64,000 bases of DNA from an uncultured Chloroflexia bacterium (GTDB lineage: Bacteria; Chloroflexota; Limnocylindria; Limnocylindrales; CSP1-4): assembly GCA_963739885.1 (NCBI GenBank), contig CAVUCC010000011.1, positions 1,153,760 through 1,217,759 on the forward strand, read 5' to 3'. Under the pieces are notes generated by a model, which ran no database searches, was not told the DNA's origin, and saw only the letters and a program-made list of their open reading frames with translations. The translations under genes and the position numbers were made by a program. Of the stretch, positions 8,483-16,548 are shown in pieces; the stretch's first letter is position 1; each line of letters begins with the position of its first letter.

Positions 8483-10034
8483 GATCCGCCGGCCGATGTT
8501 CGGTCGCCGCTCCCCGGCTGCGCGGGGCGTGAGGGCCGCCCTGACCCTCGGCGTGCTCGGCCTCGCGTGGTTCGCGCTCGCGTTCACGGCGGCCGCCCAG
8601 GACCCGAGTGGCTCGCCAGCCGCATCCAGCAGCACCGAGGCCACGCCTTCGCCGAAGGCGACCCCAGCACCGTCCGATTTCGACTGGCTGTTCGCGACGC
8701 CGCTCCCGACCGCGACCGTCCCGCTCGCATCGGCGCCACCGGTCCCTGCACCGCTCACGCACGCCCCGGCCGATGGCGCCAACGGATGCTACGACTGCCA
8801 CAGCGTCGTGAACGACAAGCAGGCGGCGATCGCCGCCGATTGGCAGGACAGCGCCCATGGCCAGGCCGGCGTCACGTGCGCCGACTGCCACGGGGGAGAC
8901 CCGCGTTCCGACCAGATCACGGTGGCCATGGACCCGTCGAACGGGTTCGTCGGCGCACCCGACCGCCTGGGGAGCGTCGGGCTGTGTGGCAGCTGTCACG
9001 CGGACGTGAACCGGATGAAGGCCTCCGGTCTGCCGACCGACCAGTACGCGAAATACTGGTCGAGCGTGCACGGACAGCAGCTGTTGACCGCAGATGACAA
9101 CCGGGTGGCGATCTGCACGGATTGCCATGGATCTCACACCGTCAAGAAGGTCTCGGACCCGAGCTCCCCGGTGTTCATCCTCAACGTCCCGGAGCTGTGC
9201 GCCGGCTGCCATGCCGACGCCGATCGGATGGCACCGTACGGCATCCCGACGGACCAGTACGCCATCTACTCCAAGAGCGTCCACGGCGTCGCGCTGCTCG
9301 ACAACAAGGACGTCCGGGCACCGAGCTGCGCGTCCTGCCATGGTTCGCATGACGCGAAGCCACCCACGTCCGCAACGGTGGTCGGCGTGTGCGGCAAGTG
9401 CCACACGGCAACCGAGGATCTCTACCAGCAGAGCCGACACTCCGAGCTCCAGGCGGCAGCGCCCCAGTGCTGGACCTGCCACGGCACCCATGACGTCACG
9501 CAGCCGGGCTCCTACATGTTCTTCCACCCGACTCCGCCCGAGTACACGTGCGACACGTGTCACGACCTGCAGACACACACGCTCCGCCTCGAGCTCAGCC
9601 GGTTCACGAACGAGGCCGATCGGCGATGTGACACGTGCCATCACCCCGATTCGCAGATCTACGCGCAGATCGACGGGATCAGCAACGCCATCACATCGGC
9701 AGAGGACGCCTACACCCAAGCCCAGGACACGATCCAGCGCGCGGCGGGGCTGGGCATGATCACGTCCGACGCGGAGGTGAAGCTGACCGACGCGAAGACG
9801 AGCCTCATCCAGGCACAGGCCGCCGTTCACACGACGAAGCTGAGCAAGATCGCGGAGCTGTCGACCGATGCCACGACGAAGGCCCAGGCGGCCGAGGCGA
9901 TCGCGACCGGCAAGATCGACGAAAGCGTGTTCCGGCGTGAGGCGATGGTCGTCGTCCTCGCGTTCATCGCGTTCAACGCGCTGTTCCTGTACGTCCTGAA
10001 GCGCCGGCTGGACAGGGACCTCGAGAAGGGCTGA
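8472..10034 (+). CDS. Decahaem c-type cytochrome with C-terminal membrane anchor, occupying the cytochrome c subunit position of the bc complex
   Basis: Start overlaps the cyt b end by 11 nt. Has a signal/anchor helix and 10 CxxCH (CYDCH, CADCH, CGSCH, CTDCH, CAGCH, CASCH, CGKCH, CWTCH, CDTCH, CDTCH), then an alpha-helical Ala/Gln-rich segment and a C-terminal TM (MVVVLAFIAFNALFLYVL). Confidence 0.85.
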   Translation: MSAEIRRPMFGRRSPAARGVRAALTLGVLGLAWFALAFTAAAQDPSGSPAASSSTEATPSPKATPAPSDFDWLFATPLPTATVPLASAPPVPAPLTHAPADGANGCYDCHSVVNDKQAAIAADWQDSAHGQAGVTCADCHGGDPRSDQITVAMDPSNGFVGAPDRLGSVGLCGSCHADVNRMKASGLPTDQYAKYWSSVHGQQLLTADDNRVAICTDCHGSHTVKKVSDPSSPVFILNVPELCAGCHADADRMAPYGIPTDQYAIYSKSVHGVALLDNKDVRAPSCASCHGSHDAKPPTSATVVGVCGKCHTATEDLYQQSRHSELQAAAPQCWTCHGTHDVTQPGSYMFFHPTPPEYTCDTCHDLQTHTLRLELSRFTNEADRRCDTCHHPDSQIYAQIDGISNAITSAEDAYTQAQDTIQRAAGLGMITSDAEVKLTDAKTSLIQAQAAVHTTKLSKIAELSTDATTKAQAAEAIATGKIDESVFRREAMVVVLAFIAFNALFLYVLKRRLDRDLEKG

Positions 10035-10045
10035 CGCGGGGGCGC

Positions 10046-10900
10046 TCAGCCGAGCTCGACCGTCACTCGGTCCGGGCGGGCGTAGACGTTGAACCCGTCG
10101 CCTCGCAGGAACCCGATCAGGGTGAGGCCGAGCCGCATGGCGGCCTCGACCGCGAGATCGCTGGGTGCGGAGACGGCGGCCAGGATCGGAACGCCGGCCA
10201 CGGCCGCCTTCTGGACGAGCTCGAAGCTCGCCCGACCCGAGACGAGCACGATCCGCTCGTGAAGCGGCAGCGCGGCGGCCAGCACCTGGCTCCCGATCAG
10301 CTTGTCCAGGGCGTTGTGACGGCCAACATCCTCGCGCAGCGCCAGCAGCGTGCCGCGCGGGTCGAACAGCCCGGCCGCATGGAGCCCGCCGGTGGCCGCG
10401 AACACCGCCTGGGCATCGCGCAGGGAGCCCGGCAGGCCGAGCAGGACGTCCGGCGCCACGAAGGGTCCGTCCGGGATCGGGTCGCAGCGCACCTCGACCT
10501 CGTCGATCGATGCCTTGCCGCAGATCCCGCACGAGGCCGTCGCCACGAAATGGCGCTCCGCGACGCGGGTTGCGTCGAACGGGCGGTCGAGGTGGACGGT
10601 CACCTGGTCGTCGGGCTGCGCGGCATTGCCGGGCTGGCTGAACGTGATGTCCGAGATCCCCGTGGCGTCGTCGAGCAGACCCTCGGTGCGCAGGAAGCCC
10701 ACCGCGAGCTCCGCCTCGTGACCCGGCGTGCGCATCGTGACGGCGACGTCCACCGGTGCCTGGCCAGGCCCACGGGCGCGGATGGCCATCGGCTCCTCGC
10801 CCGCCAGCCGATCGTCGCGCCCCTCCACGACGCCCGCGCGATATGCAGTCACCCGGGTGAGAGCGGCCTGGCGGGGCGTCGGGTCGGGCGGGGCAGTCAT
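10046..10900 (-). CDS. fdhD: FdhD-family sulfurtransferase (formate dehydrogenase / molybdoenzyme accessory protein)
   Basis: 284 aa with the conserved catalytic loop ATASCGICGKASIDEV and the C-terminal GRHNALDK motif. Confidence 0.85.
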   Translation of the reverse strand: MTAPPDPTPRQAALTRVTAYRAGVVEGRDDRLAGEEPMAIRARGPGQAPVDVAVTMRTPGHEAELAVGFLRTEGLLDDATGISDITFSQPGNAAQPDDQVTVHLDRPFDATRVAERHFVATASCGICGKASIDEVEVRCDPIPDGPFVAPDVLLGLPGSLRDAQAVFAATGGLHAAGLFDPRGTLLALREDVGRHNALDKLIGSQVLAAALPLHERIVLVSGRASFELVQKAAVAGVPILAAVSAPSDLAVEAAMRLGLTLIGFLRGDGFNVYARPDRVTVELG

Positions 10901-10943
10901 GGCGGGATCGTACCCGGCTCACGTCGCGGACCATACTCAGGCC

Positions 10944-11438
10944 ATGACCCGCGATCCTCGACCACCGACGGCCGCCGAACGTGCGTTCGTGGCCCGCGCG
11001 CGACGGGCGACGCTGGCCACCAGCGGCTCGACCGGCCGGCCCCGGCCGGTCCCGGTGTGCTTCGTCCTGCTCGACGACGTCCGCCGGCCCGGATGGCCGA
11101 TCCTCTATTCCCCGATCGACGAGAAGCCCAAGCGGGCGACCGACCCGCTACAGCTGGCGAGGGTCCGGGACCTGCTCGCCCGACCGGCCGTCGCCCTCCT
11201 CGCGGACCACTGGGACGAGGACTGGGGACGGCTCGGCTGGGTTCGCCTCGACGGTCGGGCCGGCATCCTGGCTGCCGACGCGGGCGAGGAGCACGCGCGT
11301 GCCGTGACCGCCCTGCGCGCCAAGTATCCGCAGTACCGTCAGCACGCCCTTGGCGTCCGGCCGATCATCAGGATCGAGGTCGATGGGTCGGCGTCGTGGG
11401 GCCGCCTCGAACCACCGGCCCTCAGCGAACCTCGCTGA
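10944..11438 (+). CDS. PPOX-class (pyridoxamine 5'-phosphate oxidase-like) probable F420-dependent oxidoreductase
   Basis: ATG at 10944. Segments ATLATSGSTGRPRPVPVCFVL, YSPIDEKPKR and LLADHWDEDWGRLGWVRLDG resemble the split-barrel PPOX/F420 family. Confidence 0.7.
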   Translation: MTRDPRPPTAAERAFVARARRATLATSGSTGRPRPVPVCFVLLDDVRRPGWPILYSPIDEKPKRATDPLQLARVRDLLARPAVALLADHWDEDWGRLGWVRLDGRAGILAADAGEEHARAVTALRAKYPQYRQHALGVRPIIRIEVDGSASWGRLEPPALSEPR

Positions 11439-11614
11439 GGAGCTCCAGCAGGGTCGGGTTGAACCAGTCGGGGGCGCTCGAGGCTCGGCAGGTGAGCCAC
11501 GTCGGGCACGTGGATCCGATGGTCGCCGGCCACGCCGGCAATCAGCGCATCGGCCATCGCGCCCAGTGCCGCGGTGTCGAACCCACCCCGTGGTCGAAAG
11601 CGTGGGAGCCTCAC
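11423..11614 (-). pseudogene. C-terminal remnant of an alpha/beta hydrolase (frameshifted, N-terminus missing)
   Basis: Translates to ...GAMADALIAGVAGDHRIHVPDVAHLPSLERP. Removing one C from the run cgcccccgac continues it as DWFNPTLLELLSEVR-stop, a typical hydrolase C-terminus. Only about 240 nt are available between neighbouring genes. Confidence 0.4.
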
Positions 11615-11666
11615 CTTGCCGTGCCGGCCGCCCTCAGCACCTTCATGCGACCCGCACCTCGCGCCC

Positions 11667-12932
11667 TCACTCGGCCACCTCCCGCTCGAGGTACACGGCG
11701 GACCCGGTCGGCCGCAGGCAGTGCGTCATCGACATCGCCTGCAGGTAGCCGCCCGCATTGAGGATGGCGACCAGCTCGCCTTCGGCCACGTCCGGGAACG
11801 GGTAGTCCTCGGCGAACAGGTCGCTCGCCTCGTTGATGTGCCCGGCCACCGTGACGAGCCGCGTGCGCTCGCGAAGGGGATCGCGCACGGGCACGATCTC
11901 CTGGGCGTAGCGATAGATGAAATAGGCACAGTTGACGTTCCAGCCGATGTCCAGGCCGACGAACCTGGTCCCGCCTCGACGCTCGACGCTGACGACCTCG
12001 CCCAGGAGCACGCCAGCGTCCTTCATCAGGAAGTCACCGGGCTCGAACGCCGCCGTGACGCCATACGGCGCGAGCTGCCGGCTGACAACGGCCGCGTACG
12101 CATCGAGGTCAATCGGGGTCTCGCCCTGGCGCGCGACCCTGCCCAGACCGCCACCCACGTTGACCTCCCGGATCGGGAAGCCCGCGGCCAGCAGGCGATC
12201 GAGAAAGCTGATTGCCCGCTCGAGCGCGGCCTCGAACGCAGCGAGCTGATCGCCGAGCCACCCCGAACCGGCGTGGAAATGCAGGGTGTCCACGACCAGG
12301 CCATGCCGGCGGACCGCCACGATCGCGTCGTCCAGGCGATCCTCGGTCACGCCGAACTTGGTCGGCCGCTCGCCCGCATATGCGAGGTGCTCGGTGTAGC
12401 CCGCCCCGACGCCCGGGTTGACCCGGATGCCGACTGTCCGGCCCGGGGCGCGCCGGCCGACGCGCTCGAGCTGGCTGACCCCGTCGAGGTTGATCCGGAT
12501 GGGGTGCGCGAGGAGCACGTCGAGGTCGCGCTCGGAGACGTTCGTGCCGGTGTGGCTGATCTCGTCCGGCCGCCAGCCGTTTGCAAGCGCGTGGAGGACC
12601 TCGCCGGGGGAGCAGGCATCGATGCCGATGCTGCCCGGCTCGCCGGGCGCCCCCAGTCCCCGGAGCACGGCCAGGATGCGCGGGTCAGGGCAGGCCTTGA
12701 GCGCCAGCCGAACGGCGTGCCGCACGCCGGCCCGCTCCAGCGCGCCCTGGAGCGCGCGGGCGTTCTCGACCGGCCGGGCGAGGTCGTACACGAACAGCGG
12801 CGTGCCGTGCTCACGGGCCAGCGTCTCGAGGTCGGCGCCGTTCACCGACAGGCGCCCGTCCACGACGTCGAGACCGGGCCGGCGCCACCAGGTGGGAGCG
12901 GCCACGGCGTCGGGCTCGAGGCCCAGCGTCAT
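11667..12932 (-). CDS. PLP-dependent decarboxylase, Orn/DAP/Arg decarboxylase family (LysA-like)
   Basis: Start at MTLGLEPD (12932). Shows GTPLFVYDL, LKACP (PLP lysine), HFHAGSG, NVGGGLG and EPGDFL, which are characteristic alanine-racemase-fold decarboxylase motifs. Confidence 0.8.
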   Translation of the reverse strand: MTLGLEPDAVAAPTWWRRPGLDVVDGRLSVNGADLETLAREHGTPLFVYDLARPVENARALQGALERAGVRHAVRLALKACPDPRILAVLRGLGAPGEPGSIGIDACSPGEVLHALANGWRPDEISHTGTNVSERDLDVLLAHPIRINLDGVSQLERVGRRAPGRTVGIRVNPGVGAGYTEHLAYAGERPTKFGVTEDRLDDAIVAVRRHGLVVDTLHFHAGSGWLGDQLAAFEAALERAISFLDRLLAAGFPIREVNVGGGLGRVARQGETPIDLDAYAAVVSRQLAPYGVTAAFEPGDFLMKDAGVLLGEVVSVERRGGTRFVGLDIGWNVNCAYFIYRYAQEIVPVRDPLRERTRLVTVAGHINEASDLFAEDYPFPDVAEGELVAILNAGGYLQAMSMTHCLRPTGSAVYLEREVAE

Positions 12933-13243
12933 GTGCCGGCCCCGTGCGCGCGGGCTCCGTGGCGCCGACCCGGCGTGCCGGCGGCCAGGATCGCCCTCCT
13001 GGTGACAGGGTCGGCGAACGGGTCCGGGCCTTCGGCGACCGGCGTTCCGATCGCCTGCAGGAGCCGCTCGGTCACCGCGGCAATCTCGTCGACCGCGGCC
13101 CGGAACGCCTCCTCGTTCCTCGCCGACGGCGCGCGATACCCGCTGATCTTGCGTACGTACTGGAGGGCGGCGGCCAGAGCCTCGCCCGTGGTGGCGACGC
13201 CGGCGTCCTCGCCGCGCCGGAGCTGGCGGATGCTGCGACACAT
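12929..13243 (-). CDS. DUF2277-like small protein
   Basis: Starts MCRSIRQLRR...AAALQYVRKISGYRAPSARNEEAFRAAVDEI, typical of the DUF2277 family. Its stop overlaps the decarboxylase start (ATGA). Confidence 0.65.
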   Translation of the reverse strand: MCRSIRQLRRGEDAGVATTGEALAAALQYVRKISGYRAPSARNEEAFRAAVDEIAAVTERLLQAIGTPVAEGPDPFADPVTRRAILAAGTPGRRHGARAHGAGT

Positions 13244-13548
13244 GCCTTGCAGCGTAGCGCGCGAAGGGCGACCGGTGCGAGCGGGCCCCGGGCGATCAGC
13301 CGGGTGGCCCCGGACGGCGATGTGGTGCGGCGCCGTCGTGGGGCTGGACCCAACCGGGGCCGCGGGTACACCATCGGGAGCGGCCACAATCGGCCGGGGA
13401 ATCATCGAGGTCGGACCCGAACGCCGGATCCGACCTCTTCCCTTGCCGGCGTCGTCCCTTCCAGTGTCTTCAGGGCCGGGGCCTTCGTCCCTCCTCCGAG
13501 GCCAGGTTCACGTCCCAGGCGTGTCGACGGCGGGTATCCTCGGTTGCG

Positions 13549-15006
13549 ATGGACCGCTGGCACACCATCATCGAGCCGTTCCGGATCCACGCGGTCGAGC
13601 CCATCAGGCTGACCACCATGGCCGAGCGCGAGCGGGCGCTCGGCATCGCCGGCTGGAACCTGTTCAACCTCCACGCCGACGACGTCCTGGTCGACCTGCT
13701 CACCGATTCAGGAACCGGCGCGATGAGCCGGGACCAGTGGGCGGCGATCCAGCATGGCGACGAGAGCTACGCCGGAAGTCCTTCCTGGTACACGTTCCTC
13801 GACGCCGTCCGGGAGCTGTTCCCATTCCGGCACGTCATCCCCACCCATCAGGGTCGTGCGGCCGAGAAGATCCTGTTCAGCGTGATCGGCGGGCCGGGCA
13901 AGGTCGTGCCCAACAACACCCACTTCGACACGACCCGGGCCAACGTGGAGTGGACAGGCGCCGACGCCGTCGATCTGGTGATCCCGGAGGGTCGCGAGCC
14001 GGCGACGCTCCACCCCTTCAAGGGCAACATGGACGTCGCGGCGCTGGAGGCGCTGCTGGCCTCGCGTGCCTCGGACGTCCCGGTCGTGTTCCTGACCATC
14101 ACCAACAACTCGGGCGGTGGCCAGCCCGTGTCGCTCGAGAACCTGCGCGAGGTCAGGGCCGTCTGCGACCGGTTCCACAAGCCACTGTTCCTCGACGGCT
14201 GCCGGTTCGCCGAGAACGCCTGGTTCATCAAGACCCGCGAGCCCGGCCAGGAGGAGCGGCCGGTCGTGGACATCGTCCGGGAGATCGGGGCGCTGGCCGA
14301 CGGCATGACGATGTCCGCCAAGAAGGACGGCCTGGCCAACATCGGCGGCTGGCTGGCGATGAACGACGGCGAGCTTGCCGACCAGTGCCGCAACGTGCTG
14401 ATCCTCACGGAGGGGTTCGTCACCTACGGTGGGCTCGCCGGCCGCGATCTCGAGGCCATCGCCCAGGGCCTGCGCGAGGTCGTGGACGAGGACTACCTGC
14501 GCTACCGCATCCGGTCCACCGCCTACCTGGGCGACGCGCTCGACGCGGCCGGGATCCCGTTGGTCAAGCCCAGCGGCGGGCATGCCGTGTACCTCGACGC
14601 GCGGGCCCTGCTGCCGCACATCCCGCCGCTCCAGTATCCGGGCCAGGCGCTCGCGGTCGAGCTCTATCGAGCGGGCGGCATTCGGGGCTGTGAGATCGGG
14701 ACGGTGATGTTCGGCCGCCACCCCGACGGCACCGAGGCGCCGGCCCCGATGGACCTGGTGCGCCTCGCCATCCCGCGCCGCACGTACACCCAGAGCCACA
14801 TCGACTATGTGATCGAAGTCGCCACCGAGGTCGCGTCGCGGGCCACGTCGCTGCGCGGCTACCGGATCGTGGGGGAGCCGGCCACCCTGCGTCACTTCAC
14901 CGCTTCGTTCGCGCCGCTCGAGGACGCGCCGCCAGCGCCGAGTGCGCCGTCTCCGCCGCCCGCCGAGCCCGAGACACCGCGGACGCCGGTTGCCGGGCGC
15001 GGCTGA
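13549..15006 (+). CDS. Beta-eliminating lyase: tryptophanase / tyrosine phenol-lyase family
   Basis: MDRWHTIIEPFRIHAVEPIRLTT..., LTDSGTGAMS, SAKKDGLANIGG (PLP lysine region). 485 aa with a Pro-rich C-terminal tail. TnaA and Tpl cannot be told apart by eye. Confidence 0.85.
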   Translation: MDRWHTIIEPFRIHAVEPIRLTTMAERERALGIAGWNLFNLHADDVLVDLLTDSGTGAMSRDQWAAIQHGDESYAGSPSWYTFLDAVRELFPFRHVIPTHQGRAAEKILFSVIGGPGKVVPNNTHFDTTRANVEWTGADAVDLVIPEGREPATLHPFKGNMDVAALEALLASRASDVPVVFLTITNNSGGGQPVSLENLREVRAVCDRFHKPLFLDGCRFAENAWFIKTREPGQEERPVVDIVREIGALADGMTMSAKKDGLANIGGWLAMNDGELADQCRNVLILTEGFVTYGGLAGRDLEAIAQGLREVVDEDYLRYRIRSTAYLGDALDAAGIPLVKPSGGHAVYLDARALLPHIPPLQYPGQALAVELYRAGGIRGCEIGTVMFGRHPDGTEAPAPMDLVRLAIPRRTYTQSHIDYVIEVATEVASRATSLRGYRIVGEPATLRHFTASFAPLEDAPPAPSAPSPPPAEPETPRTPVAGRG

Positions 15007-15065
15007 ACACTGAACGGAGATTGGCGTGCTCGATCTCCCGGATCAGGTCGGGCTGACCGCGAGAA

Positions 15066-16418
15066 TCAGGCGCGGAGGCTGATCGTTCCAGCCTGCTTGT
15101 CGACCACGATCGGCAGCTCGAGCAACGGGCGCCGGGTGGGCCCGCCGAGCACTGCGCCGTGGTTCGCCGGATCGAACGCCGCGCCATGGCAGGGACACAG
15201 GAGCACGCCATCCCGCGCGTCCCAGCCAACCGGGCAGCCCTGGTGCGTGCACGTGGCGTCATACGCCACGTAGCTGCCGTTGGACAACCGAACGATGATG
15301 GCGGGGTCGCCTGCGGGATACGGCGCGGGGGCATCGAGCGGGATCTGGATGCCGGCGGCGCCGCGCTGGTTGACCGCCTTGATCGTGGCCAGGGTCAGGG
15401 TGGGACCCGGGTTCGAGGTAGCCGCCGAGGTCGTTCCGGCGCCGCCCGCCGTCGGGCTCGGCTGGCCCAGTCCGGGTCCCGCGCTGCTGCCGGCCCCCAG
15501 CCCGCCGTCTCCCGTCCCGGAGCCTGCGCCCGAGGCATCGCCGGACCCTCCGCCGTTGCCGCCGAACCCGCCGGTGCCGGCGCCCAGCGCCGTGCTGTCA
15601 CTCGACCCCGGCAGGATGAAGCGCAGTGGAACCGCCAGGGATGCGATCGCCACCGCGAACGCACCCAGCGCGCCGGCCTGGAGAACCTGGCGCCGGAGCG
15701 GCGACGCGTCGACCACGGGGGTCGGACGGCCGCGCACGCGATAGCCGGCACCGGACCGGAGGGATCCCGGCCAGTCGTCGGTGACGAAGGCACCGAGCTC
15801 GCGGACCGACCGGTGCACCAGCAGCCCGCCGTCGCCAGCCAGGGTGAGGGCGATCCAGCCAAGGGCGTACGGCAGATCCGGTCCGTAGTAGTAGGGCGTG
15901 GTGGTCCATGAGGCCGTGAGCCAGAACAGAAGCGACAGCGCGGCACCGGCGGCCGCCGACGCCCGGAACGCGAGGCCGGTCACCGCTCCCAGCCCGATGG
16001 CGATCTCACCCAGTGCGATCAGCAGCCCGATCGGCAGCGCGAAAGGCTGCACGATCTGGACGAGCGGTGCGACCGGCGAGACGTGGACGAACGCGGCCAG
16101 CTGGCCATAGATGGAGGCCGGGCTCGAGGCGTCGAAGAAGGTTGGGGACAGCAGCTTGTCGAGCCCGGCATAGATGAACGTCAGCCCGAAGAAGAAGCGG
16201 AGAGGAAGGAGCGCGCGAGCAGGTACGCTCGCGCGCTCCAGCTGCTCCCGGAGCGAGGGGCCGGGAGCTTCCTCGGACGGACGGGCCCCGGTCCACGGCG
16301 CCGATTCCGCGTTGCCGATGGGCCGGTATTGCGCGCGACGGGAGCCCCGCTGTCGACGGCTCACAGCTGTCTCATCCAGGGTCTCGTCACGCGGCGTGGT
16401 CCTCCGTCTAGGGGGCAC
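15066..16418 (-). CDS. Fusion protein: DoxX/DoxD-like membrane domain + Gly-rich linker + Rieske [2Fe-2S] domain
   Basis: N-terminal DoxX-like helices (LRFFFGLTFIYAGLDKL...), a roughly 80-aa Gly/Ser/Ala linker, and a C-terminal Rieske domain with CTHQGCPVGW and CPCHGAAFD. Confidence 0.75.
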   Translation of the reverse strand: MPPRRRTTPRDETLDETAVSRRQRGSRRAQYRPIGNAESAPWTGARPSEEAPGPSLREQLERASVPARALLPLRFFFGLTFIYAGLDKLLSPTFFDASSPASIYGQLAAFVHVSPVAPLVQIVQPFALPIGLLIALGEIAIGLGAVTGLAFRASAAAGAALSLLFWLTASWTTTPYYYGPDLPYALGWIALTLAGDGGLLVHRSVRELGAFVTDDWPGSLRSGAGYRVRGRPTPVVDASPLRRQVLQAGALGAFAVAIASLAVPLRFILPGSSDSTALGAGTGGFGGNGGGSGDASGAGSGTGDGGLGAGSSAGPGLGQPSPTAGGAGTTSAATSNPGPTLTLATIKAVNQRGAAGIQIPLDAPAPYPAGDPAIIVRLSNGSYVAYDATCTHQGCPVGWDARDGVLLCPCHGAAFDPANHGAVLGGPTRRPLLELPIVVDKQAGTISLRA

Positions 16419-16483
16419 CTACCGGACTGGGCGCACCCAACTCGGACATTAGACGGACCGTCCTGCAGGGATCTGTGTCGATC

Positions 16484-16499
16484 ATGTGGATTCCCACAT
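16484..16499. promoter_or_regulatory. Inverted repeat ATGTGG-attc-CCACAT upstream of the DoxX-Rieske gene (candidate operator)
   Basis: Perfect 6-bp arms extend imperfectly to 12 bp (TCGATCATGTGG / CCACATCAACGA). Lies 66-81 nt upstream of the start at 16418. Confidence 0.25.
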
Positions 16500-16548
16500 C
16501 AACGAGACCCGGGCAACGCATCACGCCGCACTCACCAGCCCTTGTCGC

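Noticed and set aside
10046-10900. FdhD as an indicator of a formate dehydrogenase operon
   Set aside because: No formate dehydrogenase or other bis-MGD enzyme gene is adjacent. The only molybdoenzyme genes in the window (CoxLMS-like) are distant, degraded and of the MCD/xanthine-oxidase type.
7358-10934. Very long minus-strand ORFs (7358..8782, 474 aa; 8475..10934, 819 aa) opposite the cytochrome b and decahaem genes. There are similar giants elsewhere (11574..14693, 27211..28680, 38733..40412, 43687..45426, 45466..47331, 47166..48383, 48178..49554, 50806..51723, 50865..52607, 53353..54090).
   Set aside because: They are Arg/Pro/Gly/Ala/Asp-rich with no recognisable motifs. They lie exactly antisense or out of frame to genes with strong family signatures. 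These are typical stop-codon-poor shadow ORFs of a 70% GC genome.
13244-13548. A tnaC-like leader peptide or attenuator upstream of the tryptophanase-like gene (hairpin GGTCGGA-13 nt-TCCGACC at about 13410-13436)
   Set aside because: There is no short Trp-containing ORF with a start and RBS. The only open frame is part of a long shadow ORF. The hairpin alone is weak evidence.
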